From Takakia lepidozioides (Eukaryota > Plantae > Bryophyta): DNA of 64,000 nt. Under the pieces are notes generated by a model. It was not told the DNA's origin. It saw nothing but the letters and a program-made list of their open reading frames with translations, and made no database searches. Each line of letters begins with the position of its first letter. Within the stretch, counting starts at the first letter, position 1. Below are positions 35,593 through 46,696 of the stretch, in pieces. The position numbers were made by a program, and so were the translations under genes. The stretch spans positions 59,582,001 through 59,646,000 of the forward strand of contig CM060733.1 of NCBI GenBank assembly GCA_030704615.1, in the 5' to 3' direction.

Positions 35593-38287
35593 GGGATTGC
35601 TAAACCGTGAGCAGAATCTGTGAGCAGAAAATTCCGTGAGTAAAATTCTGCTCACGCTTCTGGTGCTCACCTATAACCGCAGACACCTATTCGGCTTAGA
35701 GGATATATTACTGCGGGTAGTGTCCAGTATAACATGCATACCAATTCATCGTTATGGATGAATGGGGCGATGAATGGGGCGATGAATGTATGTTGGACGA
35801 ATGGCGCATGGATGAATGTAGTTTGTGGTTGAATGCAAAATTAAAAAGCATTTTTAAGTAGTGGTTGCCAAATCCCCGAGGTCCAGAGGTTCACGCCAAC
35901 TGCAGAGGGTTGTGGTTGTCCTTTCACCAGGTATCCTAAGTCGAGAGAGATGCTGACAGCCAATTGCAAAGAAGGTGGAGAGGCCATTTGGTGCTTTAAT
36001 ATAAATCGTTTGAAAATAGCTGATTTATTCCGACGAAGAATATCCACTGCTACTGGAGTCGGAGTCCAAAACGAAGGAAGAACTGTCTATGAGGACACTA
36101 GCTTTGTGCTGCACAAAATCCTCTCTATCGTAAAGCACAGGAGGGAGAGAAGAGAGGAGACTAAATTTGCAAGTTGCAGCCTCCGCATAACATGACATCT
36201 GTAACGTCTTCTGGTGTACTATTTGGGATGAATGGCATCTACAAATTGTTCGGACCACATAACTTATGATTTGTTGTCATGTCCTTCTTCCATGTGACCA
36301 AAAATCCATGCTGGGTAAACGCCAGGTCTTTTGCTTGCAATGCAGGGGTTGGGTTCATTTGCAAGTTTTCCAATTTTTATTTTTATTTTATTTTTCCCCG
36401 AATGTGCCAGATTAAGGTGTCGTCACCGACACCTTAATCTACCTTAATATGGCTGTCTTCTGGTGTGTTATTTGGGGTGAATGGCATCTACAAATTGCTC
36501 GGACCACATAACTTATGATTCGTTGTCATGTCATTTTTCCATGTGACCAGAAATCCATGTTGGGTAAACGCTAGGTCTTTTGCTTGCAAAGCAGGGGATG
36601 GGTTCATTTGCAAGTTTTTCAATTTTTATTTTTATTTTTCCCGAATGTGCCAGATTAAGATGTCGTTGACGACACCTTAATCTGGCTGGTCTTATGGTGT
36701 GTTATTTGGGGTGAATGGCATCCACAAATTGCTCGGACCACATAATTTATGATTCATTGTCATGTCATTCTTCTATGTGGCCAGAAATCCATGCTGGATA
36801 ACCGGTCTTTTGCTTGCAAAGCAGGGGTTGGGTTCATTTGCAAGTTTTCCAAAATAAATAAATAAATATTATTTTATTTTATTTATTTTTCCCCGAACAT
36901 GATGGCTGGTCTTTGGGTGTGCTATTTGGGGTGAATGGCATCTACAAATTGCTCGGACCATATAACTTTGATTCGTTGTCATGTCCTTCTTCCATGTGAC
37001 CAGAAATCCATGCTGGGTAAATGCCAGGTCTTTTGCTTGCAAAGCAGGGGTTGGGTTCATTTGCAAGCTTTCCAAATAAAAATAAATAAATAATTATTTT
37101 ATTATTCCCCGAATGTGCCAGATTAAGGTGTCGTCTTAATCTGGATGGTCTTTTGGTGTGCTATTTGGGGTGAATGGCATCTACAAATTATTCGGCTTAT
37201 GATTCGTTGTCATGTCCTTCTTTCAGGTGACCAAAAATCCATGCAGGGTAAATGCCAAGTCTTTTGTTGCAAAACAAGGGCTGGGTTTGCAAGTTTTCAA
37301 AATAATAATAATAATAATAATTTTTATTATTATTTTATTTTCCCCAAATGTGCCAGATTAAGGTGTTGTCAACGACACTTTAATCTGGCTGGTCTTTTGG
37401 TGTGCTATTTGGGGTGAATGGCATCTACAAATTACTCGGCTTATGATTCGTTGTCATGTCTTTCTTCCAGGTGACCAAAAATCCATCCTGGATAAACGGC
37501 AGGTCTTTTGTTGCAAAGCAAAGGCTGGGTTCGTTTGCAAGTTTTCAAAAAATAATAATATATTATTATTATTATTTCCCGAATGTGCCAGATTAAGGTG
37601 TCGTCAACGACACCTTAATCTGGTTGGTCTTTTAGTATGCTATTTGGGGTGAATGACATCTACAAATTGCTTGGCTTATGATTCGTTGTCATGTCCTTCT
37701 TCCAGGTGATCAGAAATCTATGTTGGTCTTTTGGTTGCAAAGCAGGGGTTGGGTTCATTTGCAAGTTTCCAAAAAAAAATAATAAAATAATAAAATTTAT
37801 TATTTTTTTTTTTCCTGTCTGAATGTGTCAGATGAAGGTGGCGTTGACACTAGCTTAATCTGGCTAGTCTTTTGGGCCGGAATTAAGCTTCCACCAAATT
37901 AAAATACACTTATTTAAACTCAACCACACATGGATCCATGCACACATGTTGTTGCAGTCATCCATGGTTCACTCATCTAGACAATTTTTCATCCGACACT
38001 TCCAACGTTCATCCAATGTTCATCCATTCCATTTTACATTCATCATAGATACATTCATCCGACAGTTTTTCATCGCACATTCGTGCCACATTGTCGTCGT
38101 AGAGTCTGTCTGTCTTCGGTCTGATGGAGAGAAGATTGTGCCGTTGCAGTGGAGTTTGTATCCACGGCAATAGGCCCACTTGTTCCCTCGCTTTTAGGGT
38201 CCGCATCAATAATATGCTCACGCTTGGGGGAATCTGCTCACGAATAAGAGAATTTGCTCCCGGGTTCTGCTCACGCATTTGCTGCCC
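35593..38287. mobile_element. non-autonomous Mutator-like element, ~2.7 kb
   Basis: Interrupts PPR codons GGATATGCACAG|CAAGAG. TSD TATGCACAG (35584-35592) versus TCTGCACAG (38288-38296). Imperfect TIRs GGG..CGTGAGCAGAA. Subterminal GATGAATG / CATTCATC-like tracts in opposite orientation. No transposase ORF. Confidence 0.85.
36200..37875. repeat. tandem array, ~235-250-bp unit, about 7 copies, with variable AT-rich microsatellite per unit
   Basis: Recurrent TATTTGGGGTGAATGGCATCTACAAATTGCTCGG..CATGTGACCAGAAATCCATG..GCAGGGGTTGGGTTCATTTGCAAG..CCGAATGTGCCAGATTAAGG. Confidence 0.93.
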
Positions 38288-40199
38288 TCTGCACAGCAAG
38301 AGGCGGGATGGAGGCTTTAGAGATCTATGAGCAATTGATGTGCGAAAGGGTGAAGCCCAACCACATCACATTTGTTTGCGTTTGCATATGCTTGTGCAAG
38401 CCTGGCAGCCCTGGAAAGGTGCAATGAAGGTCCATGGTGACATCGTCAAAGCTGGATTTGTACCAGATGTCATCCTGAACACTGCCCTGCTGGACCTGTA
38501 TGTCAAATATGAGTGCATCGAGGATGCAAAGGGAGTGTTCGACAGTATGACCGAACGAAATGTGGTGTCGTGGAATTCAATGATCACAGGATATGCCCAG
38601 CATGGTTGTCATAGGGAGGTCTTGCAACTATTTGAAGGAATGTAAAAGAACGGCTTGAAGCCGGACAGTATCACCTTTATATGTGGTCTCTCTGCATACA
38701 GTCACATTGGCCTACTCAATAAAAGAACACGCTACTTCGATTCCCCGAATCAAGATCATGGGTGTTACCTCGACAGTAAAACACTTGGCTGCATGGTGGA
38801 CCTTCTTGGACGTGCGGGACAACTGGATGAGACAGTGGACCTGATTAAAAAAATGTCAATCAATCCAGATGTTGTGGTGTGGAAGGCCTTGCTTGGTGCC
38901 TGCAGAATCCATGGCAATGTGGAGATGGCTGAACGTGCGGCAACATCTATCCTCAAGTGGGATGAACAAGATGCTGCAACTTATGTGTTGCTATTAGACA
39001 TCTATGCTGCAGCTAGCAGGTGGGATGATACTGCAAAGGTGAGAAAAATGATGAAGGTCAGAGGGTTTAGAAAGGAGCCGGGTCGCTTCTACATTGAGGT
39101 TGACAACAAGGTGCACACCTTCGTTGTAGATGACAAGTTGCATCCCAGAATTAAGGAAATCCATGCTGATCTGAGAAGATTGTCTGGGCAGATGAAAGGA
39201 GGTGGGAGATGCCTGACACGCGCTTTGTATTGCATGATGTGGGGGAGGAGGAAAAAGAATTTTCTCTTTGTCACCATAGTGAGAAGCTGACCATTGGTTT
39301 TGCACGACCCCTACGACACCTCCTCCTCCACTAAATTTACAATTGCATTCAAACATCTATGCTGCAGCTGGTAGGTGGGATCCATCTTAGCAGCAGAATA
39401 TTCTCTCTGCATTTTACCAGCGCCTAACAACAAGCTGTATGTCCCATCACATTTCACATGAGCCCTTCCTTGTACAACAATTTGACAGATAGAATAGTTT
39501 ATATAGCTACCTGTTATGTGCTAACTCTCTTCCTCAAAAAGATGCAGAGAGGAGAAGATTGTCAATGCCCAATGCAGGATGCCTCGGCATGAGCTTGGTC
39601 ACGTGAGCGCGTGAGCGCAACTGCGCTCACGCCACGTCACCTTGCGCCAATGCCACATCACGGGGCTCACTCCACGTCATCACACTTGAAGACCGCGTCA
39701 CCACGCGCCCAGGAAGAAGTGGAGTGTATTCCCGCGGATTGGCACCCTTACCGCGGAAACAAGCTGGACGACATAATAAAAGGCAGTGGTCATTCCCACC
39801 TGAAAGCAACAGATGAATAAAGGATGGATGAATGTACAGTTGGATGATAAACATATGGATGAGTGTGAAAAATGAATGTAGATGGATGAATGAGGGATGG
39901 ATAAGAGTCAAATGGATGAATGTATAATGGATGTTGAGCAATGAAAAACATTCATGACAGGAAGATGCATGACTAAAACTTTAGACGAATGCACAACGTA
40001 TATGACATGAGTGTGGAAGGTTTGTGGGGTGGATTAAAGAGTACAGAGGATGAATGTACAATGGATGTTGAACAAAGGAAAACACTCATGAATGTAGCAC
40101 GCATGAATACACTGTAGATGAAAGCACAATGGATATGACAAGAGTGAGGGAGGTTTGTGAGATGGATTCATACACATTGCAATTTAAATGGTGCCTGAA

Positions 40200-43100
40200 G
40201 TGGAGCCAGACAAAAGGGGGAGGAGCGCTGTGTTGTAGAGGTCAGAATCACCCTCCATGCCAAAAAGGCTTCTTCCGCCTGCCTTGCATGCATGGTAAGT
40301 TGCTCTTGCACCAGACAGGAGGACATGAACAATTTGGGGGGGGGATTTAAGCAGATGGAACTGGTGAAAGAAAATCAATTCGGAAGGGAGAGAACGAACT
40401 TGTGGACACCGAAAGATCGACCACCCGTGCAGAGTGGTGGCTGCATGACTCTAGCAGTATTTGCATGAACGCTGGGGATTTTTCCTTTGCACCTCTCTAG
40501 GGAGTGCCATCTGGTCTCTTCAGAGTGACTGGACTGCATGAAGTTGTGCAAAATGTCATCGACATGCGGCTCATAGGGGGGGTTGATGAAAACCCTGGTC
40601 AGAAATCTCAAAGCTGCGGATGGAGGATGGTGTCTTTGAGGTGCGAATCCTCCGCAGGCAGATCGCCTCGAACATCCTCGTCTGCCAAAGATAGCAGGTT
40701 AGTGTGGTAAGCACAATCTATAGTGGAAGTGTGTACATCGGCTGTTCAGAACTCAGGCACAAAACAATCATTTTTATCACGAATCGGTGATGATCGGTGT
40801 CGATCATGATAGATTCTTCTAGAGTGGAGCTGCAGAGAACATTGAAACTCATCATGAAAGCACAAGCAGAAGGGAGACGGCATACCAGCTGACCAGGGAA
40901 ACCCCCTTTCACAAGGTAGAGGCTGTTCATATAATTCCATGTGCGCAAAACTTCAAACCCTGAAGACTTCAGGTATGATGCCAATGCCCGATGACTATCT
41001 TTGTCACATGACTGAAAAAGCAGAAGTGTTCCCTGCATCAGAGAGGAAATTATTACAGAACCCGAACACACCCAACTCCAGTAGTTGTCCTCGAATTTGT
41101 TCCAGCCTGGCGTCTTGCCCTTTGGAAGAACTTCTGGCACAGCCTGGCCATCCGGGATGTCGAGAATGACAATGTCAGCCGCATATGTTTTCTACACACC
41201 GCACACGAAGGTGGGACCTGTGCTCACCTGCAACAGACATGTTTTTTTTAAGAACGATGGCAAGAATGTTTTCAAAGAACCAAACTGAAATACTGCCAAA
41301 TGAAACTTTCAGAGAAAAAGGAAAGAACCTGGAATTCTCACCAGATTGAGGAATGAGATTATGTTGTCCCAGGTAGGCAAAAGCACCCCAGTGTATCCTC
41401 TCTTTCGACTCTGCATCATCGACAGCCAACCCTCATTGACAATTTTAATCTCTCCTGCCGAATCAGAACGGGAAGGGTGTGGCTTGGCATCGAGCACGCA
41501 CTGAACTGTGCGGGTATATCTTCCAGCAGTGAAGTCCTGCCCACTCTCCATCCCTTTTCTTTCTCCTTCCCCTTGTCCTTTTCCTTCTCTTTGGACTTGT
41601 CTTTGTCCTTTGGCTTTGCTGGTGAGATGGCTATGACATCAAGAGCCTTGTCTTTTGGTTTGCGGCCCGCCTTCTTTCCCTTCTGCGGCGTTCCCTGAGC
41701 ATCAGGCTCCTTGCAGCCAATGTTGCTATGTTTCTTTGGTACTCTTCGTCAGTCAGAGGCGCCAGCATCTCAGCATTATTGTTCAAATATTTCATATGCT
41801 GTTCTTGAAAGGTCGTGTGCTCCGGTGGGCAGTCAAGGTACCAGCCACAGTCTCTGAAGTGAGAAGGACTCCAGTCCTTCAATATCCCTGCAGTATACAT
41901 GGTTGGATCGTTTGCAGGGTCCGACCACATGTCAAGATAGTCTGGAATACCGCTCAGGTGATTTCCTTCCATAAGCACATATTTCGTTACCTGTTAAACA
42001 GGAGATAAATCCCAACCCACCAAAGCGCGAAGTGAGTAAGATGCAAGTAGCACAGAATGAAAAAAACATGGAATGAAATGGCTCTGAGAACTGCTCCAAG
42101 GACCTTTCAGGACCACACGACAGCTCCGGATGTGAATGTCGTCAACGCCATTCAAAACATTCCATTCAATGATACTGTAAATACACCCTAATCCACGTGA
42201 ATGCAAACTCTCGCTTTGGAATGACACAGATATAGAAGTGAATGTCGTCAACGACATTCACTTTGGATTTGTGAATACACTGCTAATCAAGCCTAATGAT
42301 TTCTCAAAAGAGGCAAAATCATTGGATGGAAATCAGAAACTCGAGTAAGGAACCCTCCCAAAAAACTCAATGGACATTCATAACGAACATAACACTGAGG
42401 ACCTCATAATAACACTGGATGTGAATGGCGTCAACGCCATTCACAAAATTACGAACAATGAACCAATTAATACACCCTTAGCTCCCAATCCATGTAAATT
42501 CAAATTGTCGCTGGTGAATGACACAGACATAGAAGTGAATGTCGTCAACGACATTCACTTTGGATCTCTGATAACACAGCTAATCAAGCCTCAAGATTTC
42601 TCGCAAGAGGCAAAAGCAATGCAGAACAACTGAATGTCTGCATCGACATTCAGCAAACTGAAGTGAGGAACCCTCACTGTAAACTCTATGGACATTACAA
42701 AAACTTACATAACTCTAAGGACCTCTCAACAACTCTGGATGTGAATGTCGTCAACGCCATTCAGGAACATTATCAATTCGAATCTGGGACACTATAATTA
42801 CACCCTAAGCTCCTAATCCAGGTGAATTCAAATTCTCGCTTAAGAATGACTCAGACAAAGAAGTGAATGTCGTCAACGACATTCAATTTGGATCTATGAT
42901 TACAATCCTTATGAAGCCAAATTATTTCCCAAAAAGTGCAGTAGAGTTTCCAGTATGATTGCACCTGTACACAACTCGCATCATGGCCAACTCCTCCAAC
43001 CTGACTGTCAAAGTCGTTGGACCGTAAAATGTTACCATCTTTGGAGAACTCCCGGAAAAAAACAGTATCTCCAGGTGAGACCTCTCCATGTCCTTATGTA

Positions 43101-44295
43101 TGCCTCCAATGACATTTGGGGAGGGGAAACAATCAAAATGTTTAAGTCCTTCAAAGTCTGATCCAGCACAATGATGGCGCGCTTTTCGAGCTGCAAATTG
43201 TATATTTGTCAGTATTGCAAATAAGATACTCATCACATAATTGAAGAAAAGAAAACGGCTTATTTGAATACACACCTGACTCCAAATGTAGCCTTGTGGA
43301 GCCAGTTATCAAACACCAAATCACTGATTCCTTCCACCTTTGTGCCAGGCTGTATGGTGCTCTTTGGGAACTGATTCAAGTCCTTTACTGTCTGATCTGA
43401 GTTCCATATCTCCAGCCACCTTATTTTTGTTTGTGGGTCGACCATGGATATGGCCAGCCGGTGCAATTTCTCTTGCTGCATCTCCGGATGCACATACTTG
43501 TCATAGTGAGATTTGATCTGCTGAAGGAACTCAGAACCAAGTCCAGGATCTACTATTCTAAGCTGCTTTCCGAAGGCGGACATCAATTTGGTTCTTCGCA
43601 ATTCAAACTCATTTTTTATTGCTGCTTCCACACCCTTTGATGTCCTTAGTTCCTCTGTGTAGTGCGGTAATATTCGGATTTTTCTCTTTCAGCTGCCTCT
43701 GCCAGTTCTTGCTGCATTGATTCAAATAGTGATTAGCACCGAAGGGACTACAAACATGTATTCGAAAAGTAAACTGAGTACAGACTCGGGCTTACCGCAT
43801 ACATGTACTCCAGAAATGCCTCTCGAGTCAAAGAATACCAAGTGCCTACAGCTCTTCCTGTTTCGCATTTCTTGATTATATTGGGGGGGGGGGGGGGGGG
43901 GGGGTACCGTCCCAAAATCATCCAGCTTCATCAGACCAATCCGCTAAATTCGGAATAGTGTGTGGACCAAGCTTGTTGTCACATGCGATTTCTTTGTCGA
44001 TCTGCAAAAACATTGGAAACATTGCATTCCTTAACACTGTTTTTTTGGGATTAACAAGACACTACAGAGGGAATGAAATCTCTAGGATGACTTACTTGTT
44101 CACGTCGTGCATAGCTGTAAGAAGCCTAGCGATGTCGTTTCCTGGATCCAAAACCATTGCCTCCACAGCAACATGCTTGTCTTTGTCTTTCGCATGGTGT
44201 TTCTGGATGTATCCCATCCATGCCAGCAATCGGTGGTTGTCGTCCCAGACGTAGAACATGTGGTTGCAGAATTGCTGGGTGTTCTTTCCCATCAT
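40200..44295 (-). pseudogene. second ParB-like / amino-methyltransferase-like accessory gene, N-terminus deleted
   Basis: FYVWDDNHRLLAWM (44092-44290); EMQQEKLHRL..WLEIWNSD (43260-43631); YAADIVILDIPDG (~41150-41190); P*RGAKEKSPAFMQILLESC..ARVVDLSVST (~40400-40510); ATYHACKAGGRSLFGMEGD (~40245-40310). Confidence 0.7.
42120..42905. repeat. tandem array, ~300-bp unit, about 3 copies, each with two copies of a palindrome
   Basis: AAGTGAATGTCGT-CA-ACGACATTCACTT near 42237 and 42533, shorter-stem copy near 42861; variant GTGAATG(T/G)CGTCAACGCCATTCA near 42131, 42421 and 42741. Confidence 0.88.
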
Positions 44296-44554
44296 CCCAC
44301 GACTCCCACACGAGGTCTCCGCCCCCATGGTGAGTCCTATGTCACCCCCACTAAGTCCCGCTAAGCTACCACCACCCCTTGTGGAGCCACCCCCACCGCA
44401 ACCCGGTGTGCGGGGCTCCACCTAGTGAGCGCCTCCGCCTCCTTGAGTGCCTTGGGCACTCAAGGGTGCTTCAGCCCCCCATACCTATCACTGCCGTTGT
44501 CCCACCACAGGGGCAGCCCCTCATGTGTCCCGACCCCCTGCCCTCAAGGCGACA
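44296..44554 (-). mobile_element. LTR fragment of the conventional gypsy family at 58552-62780
   Basis: Matches about 62512-62780 and ends ..CAAGGCGACA. Confidence 0.9.
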
Positions 44555-44639
44555 TCAGTAAACCGATTTACACTGAAGGTCTGCGATAGCAAGGTATCAA
44601 CGTACGCGAGGAAGGAAGATGGCTTCCTCTAAAGCGAGC

Positions 44640-45976
44640 GGAGTTATTCTCTAACGACAAACCAGTGCCATTCTCCCAGGAAGTCCTTGATAATGGATTT
44701 GCAATTGTTCTGGAACATGTCTTGGCTACCCGTTTTCAGCTTCAGAATGGCCATCTTTTTGGAGAAAGAGGTGTACGATTTGAAAGGGAAGTGTTTGAAA
44801 TACTCTTTCCAAAACCGTGATGAGACGGCTCATGTCAGCCAGTGGAGAGTGCCCTGGTCGATACAGAGTACTTGGAGAGCCTCGGCAAAAGTCCCTTGGG
44901 TCATATGTGACGCCCGGGACTGCTGCTTCGGTCGTTGAAGACAAGAGGGAGGTGGTGGTGAAAAAAAGAACAGACGTCCTCCACTCCAATCGTTGAGCTT
45001 TCGGATTCGTCCGATGATGACATAAGTGAAATTCCAAATCCAGTCCTTCCTACTGTGGTTGAGAAGCTGATGAAGAAGAGATTTGTAGTGTCATTCCAAA
45101 ATTACGGGCGATGGGAGGAATGGCTGGATTCAAAAGCGAGTTGCGAGGAATTGATTGGGAATCTTTGAAGCAGGTGCCTGTGAAGTTCTTGCCAGAGACT
45201 TTTGATGGCGATATCCTATTCGAGCTGCCTCTTCCTCCGCGAGTTGGAGGTGTAACAATCATGATGCATGGAATGGACAAGAAACACGACAGGCACCCGT
45301 GGTGTAGAACAAAAACATCCAATATTCAGAATGATGACAAGCTTGTTTTCAGGAGAACAGTTTGCAATGGACACCTTAGGTGTGATAATTTGAATTGCAG
45401 ACACTTTCTTCAGTCTGGGGTTCATAATCAAAGCGAATGGGAGGGTCTGGCCGAAAATCCATTTCAGCCTGGGACTGCCCCACCACCGGCAAACACTTTC
45501 GTCTGCAAATTCTGCAAACTTGTGCCATCCTGCTTGACGCTCTGCGGAGCAAGAATGTACTATGTTGTCCACCGTTTGAAAACAATGACAAGAGCTTGTG
45601 TGCATTTCAGATTCCATAACCATCCTGTCTCGAAGGGGGATTACAGGGAGAGTGTTGAGACAGTATCGAGGTTGATTAAACAGGATTTCGGGAGAAACCC
45701 ATCCGCAACAACATCTGCAATTGCTCTTGGCGCAAGCAAGTCCTTCTTAGAAAGCCATATTTTGAGTGAAGGGGATTCTGTGGGGACTAAACTTGACGGT
45801 GCAGCATTGGACCTGGTCATGGATCATTTCTCCACTTTGAGTTCACCTAAAATTCGGCTTCAGATCAATGCATTAAGAATGGGTTCTGGTATCAGAGGCA
45901 TAGACAACATTTTGGAGTTGAAACGAGTGAGCAAGTATGATTACATCCAGGACAATGTATTCCCAGGTCAAGGTGC
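44640..45976 (+). pseudogene. N-terminal part of MULE2 transposase (GCM-like domain)
   Basis: ORF 45111-46064: MDKKHDRHPWCRTKTSNIQND..CKFC..HNHP..YIQDNVFPGQG, collinear with 23938-24747; cut at 45976 by the retroelement. Confidence 0.87.
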
Positions 45977-46422
45977 TGTCGTGCGCATACATATCGCTAC
46001 ACAACTACATCGCTGTCCAAAACCACACAACACATGTGCACACCACACACTAGTATATCACTAGTCCACCACTAGTCCAGCCACTAGTCCAACCACTAGG
46101 CTACAACTAGTCAGTCACTAGGCTGCCACTATGCTGCCCACTATGGCAGTCACTAGTCCACACAATCGCCCCCCTAGCTGGTGCTTAGGTCCCTCTAAGT
46201 CCAGGTAGCCACAAGATGTGATAGTGACCATAGCCCCACTAAGTCCTCCGCCACTATCCCTACTACACTCAAACTCGATAGATCAAGAGGTCGGGTGCAA
46301 GAGTTGCCCCATCGTTAGTCGCCGTCTTGCAACCTGTGAACTTGAGCTTGGGATCTCATGTATTGACTCCTATGAGCTTGGCCTCCCATGTTGTTAGCTG
46401 CCTCCAGTCATGTCCACTGCCA

Positions 46423-46696
46423 CTATCCCAAGCAGTGTGGACACAACCAATCTCCGTCAGGAACCTTCTCAAGAGGTGGTGTCAAGCATCCCATATGCCA
46501 GCCCCTTGAGCATCGATCACACACCAGCATGGTGGCTACCCCTTTGGCAGACCCACAGAGCATGCACCTCAAACCTGCAGGTACCTTTGCCAAAGTTTGG
46601 GTCAACTCTGCCATCGACATTGGGAAGGTGACATGGCGCACAATTACGCACATGGTCCTTCCAAGTCATGTCATCCCGACCCTCCAAGATCAGGAC
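46423..46696 (-). pseudogene. integrase C-terminus with PHD finger (copy 2)
   Basis: CMLC..VCDRCSRGWHMGCLTPPLEKVPDGDWLCPHCLG stop. Confidence 0.9.

Larger units (their letters stand above)
33440..39300 (+). pseudogene. PLS-PPR gene with internally amplified P-L-S units, E/E+ and truncated DYW; split by a MULE insertion
   Basis: Repeated [33 protein letters not shown] units at 33860-35590 and 38297-38645; E domain PDVVVWKALLGACRIHG, TYVLLLDIYAAASRW; CHHSEKL near 39270-39290, then homology ends. Many stops and indels. Confidence 0.9.
39574..45976. mobile_element. Mutator-like DNA transposon 2 (diverged relative of 15421-27269), left portion; interrupted by gypsy copy 2
   Basis: 39574-39616 aligns without gaps to the MULE1 TIR pattern (GC..C(A/G)TGAGC......CGTGAGC..GTGAGC) and is followed by GCTCACGCCACGTCA as in MULE1. 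Same two-gene divergent layout. Confidence 0.8.

Noticed and set aside
38655-39356. Functional DYW editing factor
   Set aside because: Homology ends shortly after HSEKL, with no CxxC or DYW terminus, and the upstream region has stops and a MULE insertion.
43883-43904. 22-nt poly-G run / polyproline ORF
   Set aside because: Isolated homopolymer absent from the homologous MULE1 exon; likely slippage or a sequencing artefact.
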